Shown here piece after piece: positions 32,978 to 43,631 of a stretch of DNA of 64,000 bases (the stretch's first letter is position 1; each line of letters begins with the position of its first letter). Source of the DNA: Dehalococcoidia bacterium. Its GTDB lineage: Bacteria > Chloroflexota > Dehalococcoidia > SM23-28-2 > RBG-16-64-32. Both the position numbers and the translations under genes were made by a program. The stretch is from assembly GCA_963665775.2 (NCBI GenBank), contig CAXXTF010000001.1, positions 736,001 through 800,000 on the forward strand. Direction: 5' to 3'. The notes beneath the pieces are model-generated. The model did not search any database and was not told where the DNA came from. It saw only the letters and a program-made list of their open reading frames with translations.

Positions 32978-34012
32978 TTGCCTACTGCCAAGAACGTTCA
33001 TCTTCCGATGCCGAAGTCTTGGGACGAACTGGAAATTATCGTCTCGGACCTATTCAGCGAGTTTTGGAAGGATCCCTACACGCAAAGAAATGGGCGGTTG
33101 GGTCAGTCCCAGCAGGGGGTCGATATTTTCGGTCAACCAGACCAATCTAGTCGATGGGCCGGTGTACAGGTCAAGCACAAAGAGCCCGGCAGCAATGTCA
33201 CCGAGGAAGAGATACGTGCGGAAATAGCGAAGGCAGATAGCTTTAATCCCGCTCTCGATCGGTTCACAATTGTGACCACAGCTCCGAGCGATTCGGCAAT
33301 CCAAGAGGTGGCCAGGGCGATTACGGAGGAGCGCCGAGCAGTCGGTGATTTCGGTGTTCACGTGTGGGGTTGGGCGGAGGTCGAGCGTCGGCTCGCGGAT
33401 TACCCCCATCTCCTCAAAAAGCACTACTCCGAGTTCTATGAGCATGTCGACGTGGAAAAGGGCCAAGGCCGCGAACTCGAAGCTATGGCTGAGCGCGTGA
33501 GGGAAACCACTGCCAGCCGGGGCCGGGCCAAGGCCTTGGTGCGGATCAAGAACCCTGATTCAGGTCTGGTGGAGAACTGCTATGGTCGCATATCAGGCAT
33601 CATTTGGGAGATGACTAATACCGTGAACAATCAGTTGCAGGTCTGGGACTATCCCATGTACGAAGGAGATGATTTCTTCCTGCACTGGAGTGGTCATGGC
33701 TCAAGACATCACAACTTTCGCACCGAGGCGATTCTCGATGTTGCCACAATGGCGGCTGGTGATGCTGACTATGCCCTTGCAACGGTTGATTACGGCGGCC
33801 GGCCCGCGCGGCTCTCCGCAGGTCAAAGCTACCGCATCACACTGGAGATAGCAGCGGATAATGCCGCGCCGATCACTCGAACGTATCGGTTGTGCTTGAG
33901 TACTGATGCCATTGACTTGGGGACAGACGCTGGAGGGCAGCGCCTTTTCGGAATTGCGGACACAGCCGTCCCTCCCAATGTCGTATTTCAGGATGTCATA
34001 GATACGCTATGA
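32978..34012 (+). CDS. Restriction-endonuclease-like (Mrr/PD-(D/E)XK) N-terminal domain fused to an unknown domain
   Basis: W.ELE, NGRLGQSQQGVDIFG, GVQVK, EI.KA and WGW.EV motifs. Confidence 0.7.
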   Translation: MPTAKNVHLPMPKSWDELEIIVSDLFSEFWKDPYTQRNGRLGQSQQGVDIFGQPDQSSRWAGVQVKHKEPGSNVTEEEIRAEIAKADSFNPALDRFTIVTTAPSDSAIQEVARAITEERRAVGDFGVHVWGWAEVERRLADYPHLLKKHYSEFYEHVDVEKGQGRELEAMAERVRETTASRGRAKALVRIKNPDSGLVENCYGRISGIIWEMTNTVNNQLQVWDYPMYEGDDFFLHWSGHGSRHHNFRTEAILDVATMAAGDADYALATVDYGGRPARLSAGQSYRITLEIAADNAAPITRTYRLCLSTDAIDLGTDAGGQRLFGIADTAVPPNVVFQDVIDTL

Positions 34013-34680
34013 CCTGATATTGATGTGATCGACAGCGCCCTCTTCTACCGCTACGGCATCTGCTTGCCAAACATCTTCCCCTAAGCGCTTTGCTTCGCGA
34101 CTGAGAGTCGGAGCAAAAGCACCAAAATTATCGGCTGTTCACAGGAATGATTTCGGGTAGAGTCCCACAACAGCCAGCATGGAGCCGGCTTTCATCTGCA
34201 ACCCGGATGGCACCCCCTTTGGCGTCGCCGATGACGAATCCGCTAGTGAACCGTGTAGCGCCACGCCGGGCCATTTTCGGGCGTGCGTGTGTGCGTGTCC
34301 TATTTGCGAGTGCGCAGAGGGCTTGACCGGTGTAACCTGATAACTGACAGGGCGCTGATCCCGTCCTTTCGCTACTGTCAGGCCCTCCCGCGCTGCTACT
34401 GACCCACGGCGCAGGAGGGCCAACTTCATCACAGCGAAGCGCAGTCAGCGGCCCAGGCTGCTAGCCACTCTCTGACAGGCGAGGTTTCGCTTAACCTCCG
34501 TCTCCTTGCAGGCGTTATTTCAGGAAAGAGCGGCACATGTCCTGAGGGCGAGTGAGCGTCGCCGCAAAGGGCCTCGCAAACGCCCTCAGTGCCCTGTATA
34601 ATCGGCGACGATTAACTAAGAAATATGAAACCCCCGGCCAAGTTGGCCACAGCCAACATCACGTACCAAGGGAGGGAAAG

Positions 34681-37600
34681 ATGACAGTAGCACCGCCAAG
34701 ATCTCACCTGGGAAGATTAGCCGCTGCCGTGGTAATTATGGGTGCCATCGCGGCTGGCCTCGCCGTATGGCAGGTAGCATTTGCGCATGCGCCGTTCAAC
34801 AACGTTCAACCGAATATTCAAGTGGACTTCAACGCGAGCCCGGGCGTCAGGTCCGCCTCGTCCGGCGGATTAGGCACAGACGTGTACGCTTCGGCGTAGA
34901 AGGGCTCCTCGGTGACCGTCTGTACCGCTAACAACCAGCGGATAGGCACCACCGGGACCCGCCACTTCCAGTATGACGACGGTTTCGATTGGAGTATCTC
35001 CGACCACAGTGGCGCTTCCACGAGCAACAGCGGTAATGATTTCAGTGCCGACGGCCTCCAGCTCTGTACGACTATCACTGACGACGTAGCCACGGGCGGC
35101 CATACCAGGGTCAACCTGTTGTCCGTTGACGATACGGCGGACACGACCACAACACCGTCAGCCGACGTGCGCATTTTCTGGCTGGACATCAACCACGTCC
35201 TCCACACCGGCGAGATTCTGGACGGCGACACGGCCATCAACAAGCCCAGCTCGCACCACCGCATCATCACCGACGGCTGGGACTTCGGGCGCCAAGACAT
35301 CTACTTTAACCCTGATTGGTCATTTTCCTTGAGCATCACGATCCCGGAGATCGTGAGCGCTCAACAGGATGTGGACGGTGATGGCGACCTTGACGACGCC
35401 TTCATCTGCAACCCAGATGGCACCCCCTTTGGCGGCGACAATCAACAGGCGCGGGCAGTGCAGAGTGCTAATGGCGGCGCCGCAGGAACGTTAGAGATCT
35501 GCGTGGACATCCATAGCGACGACGAGGGTACGGACAGAATCAGACTGGAGTTCGACTTCGGTGCCGGTCGTTGTAACGGAACTTGTAGCCCCATACTGGA
35601 CAGCTTTTCCAGCGAATCCATTCGTTCCAACTTCCTGTTCAAGGAGTGGACGCACACGCCGGTGGAGATCGTGCACGTGCAGAGCTTCCCGACCAACACC
35701 GACGGTCAGGTTACCCAACCCAGTCAATGCCGATCTAGAGTTAGAGGTAATCGATAGCCTGATCGACGTTAACGGCGACGGCGTCGTTGACGGCGATGAC
35801 GACGGCGACGTCTGCGGCGTGGCGGTCTTCAGCGGCGAGGTCGACATCAACGCCAGTGGAGACGTCAACAGCGCCGACGACGGCAGCGTGTGTGGAGTGA
35901 CGGTCATCAGCGGTCAGGTTGACATCAACGACGATGGAACCACCGACACCGACGACGACGGTACACTTTTTGGCAGTATGGTCGGACACGACCTGCTGAG
36001 CGTGGACTCAGATGGCGACGGCTTCCTGGACCCAGGGGACACGATCAATAACGACGACAACTGGAACATCATCGGCTCGGCGCACGTGGTGCGGACCAGT
36101 GGCTGGCAGCCGAACTTCGTGGTGGACAGCTGGGAGCTAACGCCGCAGTTCGGGGCCGTCATCACGGTGGTGGCCGGGCCGGCCAGCTGCCAGAACGTGC
36201 TGGCCGACGCCGATTTGCTGGGCGACCCCTTTTTCGCCTTCTTGGATCTGATCGACCAGGATTACGAGGATGCGATCGCCAACGAGCAGTGCATCGCGTT
36301 CATCTCCTCGCGGCCTGGGGAGACCCTGATCAGCCTGAGCTACCACGATGAGGGTGCGGTGGCTGACGGGAACGAGATCAACCAGCCGGACGACTCCGAG
36401 GTGAACGTGGTTGGCCCGCTCATCAAGGAGTGGAGCGAACTGGTGGACTCGGTGATCATCCGGGTGCCGGCGGCCGGCTTCCCGAGCAGCGTGAAGGACG
36501 GCGGCTTCAGCGGCGGGGCGAACAACCACATCGACGACATTGACTGGCAGCACAACAACGACATTCAGGGGACGACGATCACCTCCGATGTGGAGAGGGC
36601 GGTCAAGGTCATCGAGATCTCCCATGGCGAGCACCAGACGGCGTTCGGTCCGGCGGAGGGGATCGGGGTGAAGGTAGACCCGTTCGGAATCGCCCACGTG
36701 GACGTGGACAATGCGGAAGTGGAAGTGACCGTGACGAGCATCAACGGCGGCCTTTCCAAGTGCACCATTGCCACGGTGACCACCTCGCTGGGGTCAAATT
36801 CTACGCTCCTGACCAGTTCTTCGCCTGTCAATGGCCGCACGGGCAGCGTGACAGCGGGGGGCAAGACCCTGGATCACGGTGGCGCCCTGATCACGATCAG
36901 TGCCGGTGGTCCAGGACGTCGCTGTGAAGAGATCGTTGTGATAACGGTCACAGAGAAGTACCCCATCCCGGTGAGCTCCAAGTTCAACGAGGTTGTGTAG
37001 TGGTTCAAGGTGAACTGGACGACCAAGGAGATCTCCAAGCAGCCGCACGTCCGGAAGGCGGGCGAGGAGATCATCCTGGAGCACAAGTGGGGCACGCCGA
37101 GATTCAACATAATCACACAGGACTGGGTGTGCGACCTCGACAGGGGTGGCACGCTGGAGAAGGACACGCTGGTCGTCTACACCGAGTTGAGCGGTCCGGG
37201 CGCCTTGGTTGGAGGTTACGAGAACCTGGGCCAGAGCGACGGAGCCGATTTCATCCCGTCGCTCTTCGGCGGCGACGTGGCCATAGCGGAGGTTACGGTC
37301 GATGGTGACGAGGAAGACGAGGACGATGACCTAATTAACAGCCAGCGTTGCATCTCTCGCGCTCTATACTCCAGCGAAGACCCGGGTGAGGTGGACGTAG
37401 AGGCCGTCCTCTGCCCAGGCGACTGCGACGCAGGCGGCATGACCCAAATCGACCCACCGATGTTGCAGCTCATGGTTGAATCGGCAGTGAACGGTGACGG
37501 GGGCTCGGAGCTACTAGACAAGCACCCGTTCCTGGTCTTCTACGTGAAGATATACAGCGTGGAGGTAAGCCTGGTTCCGGGCGATCTGGTGTTCAGTTCC

Positions 37601-39520
37601 ACCAATAAGGCGAACACGGTGAACGATGGGTTCCAGGTGGACCCGAATGAGGCGAAGTGGAGCCCGACGCCGGACGTATATGAGCCCGGCACTGAGGGCG
37701 ATCTGCCCAGCACCGACGTACGGGACGAGACGCGGATCGTCTCCGACTACTCGCTGGTGCGGGTGAACATCAAGGATTGGGTGCGCACGGCCAACTCCAG
37801 CGGCCGTCCGGACATCTGTCTGGACATGGACGGCGATGGCGGCGGCGACCAGGATGCGGGCATCCCCTACACCAGGACCGCCGACGGCACGGCCGTCACG
37901 ACCCACGCGGGCTGTCCGGACGCTGACGACGAGCTGTTGGCGGGCGGCTACTGGCTGCTGCCTGACGACTGGCAGCGGATGGCCGGGCAGCAGCCTGAGC
38001 TGATACGAGCGGAGTGGGATGTCCTGTGTGGACCCGGTGACACCAGCTGCGGCGGTGCCGGCCTGATCGGCCCCAAGCGGATGGTGGACACCCACGACAG
38101 CAAGGTCAGGTCCTGGGTGCACTACACGACGGTGGTGGCGACATACAAGGTTATCAATGGCGGGATCGACATTAACGGCGACGGCGTGGTAGACGGGGCG
38201 GACGACGGCGTGGTCTGCGGCTTCCGGGTTATCGACGGCAGTGTGGACATCAGCGGCGGTGGAGGCGTCACCTCGTCCGACGACGGGACATTGACGGACT
38301 CCACAACGCAGGTGTACAAGTCGATTCTGTCCAACGGCAAGATCAACATCTGGGATGCCCCGATGCCGCTGGAGAAGGTATCGATCTGGATCGACGGCTC
38401 CGGCAAGCTGTTGGCGGTGGACAAGGATGCGATCTACCCGGCGGGCAACAACCCGTTCTACCAGGTGTTCATCCCGGGGAACGATCTCATACCGGCCCAG
38501 CCTGGCGGCTCTCCTGGCTACGACTGGGACAGCACGATCCAGGGGCCATACGAGTTCTGGCACGCTCTCCAGTGGCTGACGCTGGGGGAGCACGTACAGG
38601 TGTACAGCGATAACCGTGGTCAGGCGATGGCGCTGATCTACGGCGATGACAACCTGAGCTTTACAGACTGCGCCATCGATTCGATCACGGGCACGCCGGT
38701 GTGTGAGCCGGGGGATGTGGTGGGCGACACGACAGTGAGTGCGATCGTCGACTACCCCTACTTCCGCAAGCACCGGGACGTCGAGGGGAACACCGCGACG
38801 ATCACCTGGGAGTGGGCCGGCTACAAGCGGGTAACCGTGGAGCCGGTGGCGGGTGACCCCAACCACACGTACGTGGTGGCCCACCTGCTGGACCGAGACG
38901 GCGAGTGCATAGGAGAGAACCCGACCACAGCCCCCAAGAAGTGGGGAGCCGGGGTGTCTGACGTGAGGCTGGAGCCGGTACACTTCGAGGTTAGCGGTGA
39001 CGGCGTCATCATCGGGGCCGCCCTGGACGGCGGCATCCTTCCCACCCTGAAGCTGGCCGTCGCTCTGGCTGGCGCGGCGGAGGACTTCGGCGGTACGCTG
39101 CCGCGGGCCCACGCCGGCAGTGCGGACGAGTGCCAGGCCTACATCCTGGTGGAACACGGGCGAGATGCCACGGTTCAGGTGTCCATCGGCTTCAACGAGC
39201 CTGAAGGGCTGATCAGGATGTCAATAGAGTTCCCGCAGCAGGAAGTTATCTGGGGCGACATAGATAACGACGGCGATGTGGATGCGGTGGACGCCCTGAA
39301 GATCATGCAGTGGATCGTTGGTCTGCCGGTGGCGACTGATCCGGCGATCGGCGAGGAAGTAACTCTAGTGAATGGAGCGGTAGAGACGCCGGTGATCTGG
39401 GGTGACGTAGACCGAGACGGAGACATCGACTCCGTGGACGCCCTGGAGATCCTGCAGTTCATAGTTGACGGGACGTCGGACACCGATCCGGCGATCGGCG
39501 ACACGGTGACGATCATCTAG
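34681..39520 (+). pseudogene. Giant (~1610 aa reconstructed) secreted surface protein with Ca-binding repeats and a C-terminal dockerin; broken by two TAGs and a +1 frameshift
   Basis: Signal peptide ending AFA. In-frame TAG at 34897-34899 and 36998-37000; frame change near 35713-35722. DINGDG repeats; duplicated dockerin WGD.D.DGD.D.VDAL.I.Q.IV. Confidence 0.8.
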
Positions 39521-39550
39521 GTTGAGCTACAGAAGGAGGGTAAACGGGAG

Positions 39551-40225
39551 ATGATAAAGACATTGGTAGAGCGCAGGGGGTCCTGGCTAGCGTTGCTAGC
39601 CGGGGCCACCCTGCTGGCCCTGGCCGGCTGGCTGGCGGTGACGGGACTGGCCCGGGCGGACGTGAGCTCGCTGGGTATAGGCTCGGCGACGGTAGAGCCC
39701 GGGGACGAGGTGACGCTGAACGTAAGCGCGGTGGCGACTGACCCTGGGGTCGGGGCCTACACGGTGGACGTGGTGTACGACGGCTCGCTGGTGGACGCCA
39801 CGGCGTGCACGTCAGCGGCTGGTGTGTGCAGCATAGACACGGTAGGGATCAACACGGTGCGGCTGACCGGCGGCTTCGCTGCTGGGTCCTCTGGGGATGT
39901 GGGCCTGGGCTCGATCACCTTCAGTGCCGGAGCGACAGAGGGCACGGCGGCGCTGACGGTGAGCATCGTGACGTTGGCTGACCCGGAGGGTGCCGACATC
40001 CTCGTGTCGCCGACAGACGGCAGCATCGCCATCGTGGCGCCTGCGGCGACGCCGACGTCGGAGCCCACGGCAGAGCCGACGCCGACGCCGGGCGGGCTAC
40101 CGCCCACCGGTGGCAGTCCGGCAGGCGGGACTGGTTCGGCGGGCTGGCTGTTGGCCGGGATGATCGGGCTGGGGCTGGCCGCGCTGGGAAGCGGCGCCTG
40201 GGCCGTGGCGCGGATGCGCCGGTAG
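39551..40225 (+). CDS. Cohesin-domain cell-surface anchor with an LPxTG-type sorting signal
   Basis: Signal peptide; cohesin-like beta-sandwich (PGDEVTLNV, GAYTVDVVYD, LGSITF, DGSI); Pro/Thr linker; LPPTG, TM helix, RMRR tail. Confidence 0.8.
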   Translation: MIKTLVERRGSWLALLAGATLLALAGWLAVTGLARADVSSLGIGSATVEPGDEVTLNVSAVATDPGVGAYTVDVVYDGSLVDATACTSAAGVCSIDTVGINTVRLTGGFAAGSSGDVGLGSITFSAGATEGTAALTVSIVTLADPEGADILVSPTDGSIAIVAPAATPTSEPTAEPTPTPGGLPPTGGSPAGGTGSAGWLLAGMIGLGLAALGSGAWAVARMRR

Positions 40226-40262
40226 ATAGCGCCAGCGACAGAGGAAGTTAGGCTTTAGCGAA

Positions 40263-40289
40263 AGGGGCCCCGGTTACCCCGGGGCCCCT
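40263..40289. terminator. GC-rich hairpin after the cohesin gene
   Basis: AGGGGCCCCGG-TTACC-CCGGGGCCCCT. Confidence 0.65.
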
Positions 40290-40376
40290 GGGCATTTGGA
40301 AGCAGCATCCTACTCATGGCTCCTAGAGACTCTGACTGGACAGGATCAACTCTCTGGCTGAAGGGCGTGTCGCCCC

Positions 40377-40402
40377 TGCACACGATCCACACTTAGTGTG
40401 TG
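40377..40402. repeat. Putative recombination site 3
   Basis: TGCACACGAT-CCACAC-TTAGTGTGTG. Confidence 0.75.
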
Positions 40403-40755
40403 TGTCGGCTCCTATTCGTATTCAGATTCGATAAGGTGCCCATCTTCATATGGCTGCTAGGGCTCTAGAGTTCCATCCAGCGGATGTAATCCGCCAGATC
40501 CACCAGCCATAAAACACTTTTCGCCGTTTCGCCGCCTACGCCAGCATTGATCGACTGGGACAGCAAGCAACCAGCCCAGCGGGACGCACCTGAAACTGAC
40601 ATCGCGTGCCCGCGTTCTACATAGCATGATAGGTGCTGTCATCATCCGGAGGCCTTCATGACTGAGGCCACACGCCAGTCGTTCCTCGTCGACCGGATGA
40701 TCCTGGCTGCCATGCTCTACGAAGAAGTGGAGCGTAGTCAGAGGGATCGCAACAA

Positions 40756-42222
40756 TTGAAACTGGGCAAGGACAGCGGGTTCCTGTTCCTAGCGCTGCTG
40801 GCGGTGCTGTTTCTTTGGCTCTTGCTGGACCGTGCTAGGCCCAGGCTGGAGCGGCGGGAAGCCGGGATGGCGAGGCCAGAGCCAGCGCGAGCAGGCCCGG
40901 GAAAGCGCCGGACAAGAGTGCGCAGGCTGGCCCTGGGCCTGGGCACGCTGGTGGCCGCCCTGACAGCCACGGCGGGGACGCTGGCCCTGGTCTCCGCCGT
41001 CGCCAGCCCAGCGGGCGAGCCGGCAGCGGCGCTCTCGCCGACGCTCACCCCCATCCCGACCCGGTCCCCCATCCCGCTAGCGCCCGGTCCGGCGAACGCA
41101 CCGACCCTGGTGACCGCTGGCGGCGACCAGCCGATCGGACCGCAGGCGGCGCCAACCCTGGGAGACATCGCGGAGAACGTGGACCCCTCCACCGAGTTCC
41201 TGGCCCTGAGGGACACTCTGGCCGGACAGATCGAGGCCTACCGAGCGCTCGCTGGCGACATTGAGGTGGCGATAGCGGTGACGGACCTGCAAACCGACCA
41301 GACCATCTCGATTAGCGGGAACGTCGCCCAGCGCACCGGCTGCACGATCAACATGTTCGCCCTGTTCGCGGCCGTGGATGAGTTCCAGGCGGGTCGGGCC
41401 AGCCCTTCGCCCGTCGCCTACAATATCGCCGTCGGCATCGGCCACAGCTATCCACCGCAGGTGAAGCAGCTGCTCGATACGGTGTTCGGCTCGCACTGGA
41501 CGGGCGTTGCGCAGGCCGGCGAGATGATGCGCTCCTGGGGGATGGAGGCGTCCATATTCGATCACCTCCCCTACTATGGGGACGGCAGCCAGAACAACCT
41601 GCTCACCGCCCTGGAGACAAACGCCGTCCTTACGAGGCTCTACCGCGGCGAGATGTTCGAGCCGGAGTGGACAGCTTACACGCTCTCACGTCTACGGGAG
41701 ATCAAGCCGGGGCTCAACTATATGCTGCCTGGTCGGCTGCCCTCGGCCGCCACGGTGGCCCACAAAATCGGCTACTACTGGGATACGGATGGCTGGGTGA
41801 ACAACGATGCCGGGCTCGTGACCTTCACAGGCGCCGACGGTGAGGAGAAATCATACGCCATCACTTACCTTTCACAGCGGGCGCGAACGGAGGCGACCGG
41901 ATACGCCTTCGGGAGCTGGCTCTCGGGCATCGTCTGGGATTGGTTCGACGCCACCTACCGGCTGGAAACGGAGCCCTCGACCCCGCCGCCACCACCACCA
42001 CCACCTGCGCCCCGTCCACCGGCGCCGCTGCCCGCGCCATCCCCGACACTTACTCCGGAGCAGAGCCGATCGACCCCGCCGGCGCCCTCGCCGACGCCAT
42101 CGCCGGCGCCCGAGCCGAGCGCCACACCGACGCTTCCTGCTACGCCGTCGCCAGCGCCGGAGCCCACCCCGGCGGCCACACCCACGCCCCGGCCAGCGCC
42201 GTCCGCAGATCTGGAGCGCTAG
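40756..42222 (+). CDS. Membrane-anchored class A beta-lactamase-fold (serine hydrolase family) protein with Pro-rich linkers
   Basis: IAVTDLQT, GCTIN at the SxxK position, VAHKIG and NDAGLV. Start uncertain. Confidence 0.75.
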   Translation: MKLGKDSGFLFLALLAVLFLWLLLDRARPRLERREAGMARPEPARAGPGKRRTRVRRLALGLGTLVAALTATAGTLALVSAVASPAGEPAAALSPTLTPIPTRSPIPLAPGPANAPTLVTAGGDQPIGPQAAPTLGDIAENVDPSTEFLALRDTLAGQIEAYRALAGDIEVAIAVTDLQTDQTISISGNVAQRTGCTINMFALFAAVDEFQAGRASPSPVAYNIAVGIGHSYPPQVKQLLDTVFGSHWTGVAQAGEMMRSWGMEASIFDHLPYYGDGSQNNLLTALETNAVLTRLYRGEMFEPEWTAYTLSRLREIKPGLNYMLPGRLPSAATVAHKIGYYWDTDGWVNNDAGLVTFTGADGEEKSYAITYLSQRARTEATGYAFGSWLSGIVWDWFDATYRLETEPSTPPPPPPPPAPRPPAPLPAPSPTLTPEQSRSTPPAPSPTPSPAPEPSATPTLPATPSPAPEPTPAATPTPRPAPSADLER

Positions 42223-42308
42223 GCCGGGGGCGACCGCACGCTCGTGATGACCGGCGAGATGTTCTCGAGCGTCAACGTGGCATGACCCTCTAAGAGTGAC
42301 GGCTCAGG

Positions 42309-42334
42309 CGCACACGATGCAGACATGGTGTGCG
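42309..42334. repeat. Putative recombination site 4
   Basis: CGCACACGAT-GCAGAC-ATGGTGTGCG. Confidence 0.75.
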
Positions 42335-42424
42335 TCCATCCCGCCCTCTCGACGCGCCTTGACATATTGCAACGAACCATCAACAATTACCTCACGTCTA
42401 CGCGCGGCAAAGGGGGCGCATAGA

Positions 42425-42676
42425 GTGGCCTCGGGCCTAGAGCTCATCTGGGGATTCGCCTTCATCGGCACAGTCGCAGCCGTCTCAGCATTGCTTCCGA
42501 TCGTCGCCGCCAGCTGGCGCTCCGTCCATGACACTCCTCAGGCGAGAGACCCAACTGTTACACCGGTCCCTGACCCTCTGAAGGTCCCTCAACGCAGCGA
42601 ATCCACGCTGACGTTCACGATTACAACTACCTGTGGCACCCCCACATCCGACGCCTGCATGGCCGACAAGGAGTAA
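42425..42676 (+). CDS. Small membrane-anchored hypothetical protein
   Basis: GTG after AGGGGG; one N-terminal TM; ends 6 nt before the next gene. Confidence 0.4.
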   Translation: MASGLELIWGFAFIGTVAAVSALLPIVAASWRSVHDTPQARDPTVTPVPDPLKVPQRSESTLTFTITTTCGTPTSDACMADKE

Positions 42677-42682
42677 TCGCTG

Positions 42683-43430
42683 ATGCAAGAAGAGGACTAT
42701 ATCAGTGAGGCGAGACGCCTCCAATTCACCGTTCCAACAGACGCGACCCCCGAGCAACGGTTACTCGCCGCCGATATCATCACCTTAGATCACCGCGCGT
42801 ACACATGGCTGAAGCCCGGCACGCGCCAGTGGTCGGGAGTTCTTGCGCTCCTTCACGAAGCCGCGAACATGGGCCTAACAAACAGATCCCTAGAGCCCGC
42901 TCGGAAACTCTACGATCGAGCAGAGGCGACCTACGTTGTCCACCTACAGGCGAATAACAGATTGAGATACATGCTCGGGATCGTAATCGGCGGCCCAGTA
43001 GTGGCATATCTTGCTCTCCTGGTTCTCTGGGATTTGGGGTTCGGTTTCGGCAATGTTTCCAACCTCACCTATGAACTCCTTATCCTATATCCCTTTATTC
43101 GCGGGAATCGGCAGTCTGGCAAGCGTCCTGACGAGAATATCATCGATTGATTTGGGGCAGGAGGTGAGTACTCCGATTCTAATTGCGTCAGCCGCGTTCA
43201 GGCCGTTTGTAGCGATGTTCTTGGCGCTTATCGTCTTCTTCGTATTAGATTCCGAAATTGTCGATATTGAGTTGGGCGGCCTCCCTGGCAAGATAATGAA
43301 GGATGCGGATGGTAAAGTCGTAGGTTTCGATAATAAGACAAACGGATTCTATGTGGTGACCTCGTTCCTGAGTGGCTTCAGTGAGCGCTTTGCAAGAGAC
43401 ATCCTCTCGAGAGTCCCTATCGCTAAATGA
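42683..43430 (+). pseudogene. Multi-TM membrane protein (GFSER-motif type), frameshifted near 43088
   Basis: Frame 1 (...LTYELLIL) continues naturally into frame 2 (IPLFAGIGSLASVLTR...FRP...SGFSERFA); one extra base explains the break. Confidence 0.6.
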
Positions 43431-43631
43431 AAAGGAGCCGCAATCCCAGTGTGCATCTTCAATATTCGTGAACGCGTATGTGCTCGTGCGACGATCGGTA
43501 GGCGCGGTCCAAGTAGGGAGGGGTCGACGTGATGAATAAGCGCACGCTGGCGGGCAAGCCGGTTCCGCTGTTAGCATCGGATTCTGGGTAGGGGCCGGCT
43601 CTGCGTGCGAGCTGGCTAGAAAGGCGCACAC

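Noticed and set aside
34001-34026. Sixth site GATACGCTAT-GACCTG-ATATTGATGT
   Set aside because: The position is plausible, but the right arm matches poorly; kept only as a degenerate candidate, not a feature.
34188-35434. Diversity-generating retroelement TR/VR pair
   Set aside because: Only 37 bp, the differences are not adenine-specific in a consistent direction, and no reverse transcriptase is present in the window.
37514-39157. Long antisense ORFs (this 547-aa one, also 1875-3326, 16855-18045, 43245-44507 and 60013-61056)
   Set aside because: Shadows of real genes in high-GC DNA; no motifs.
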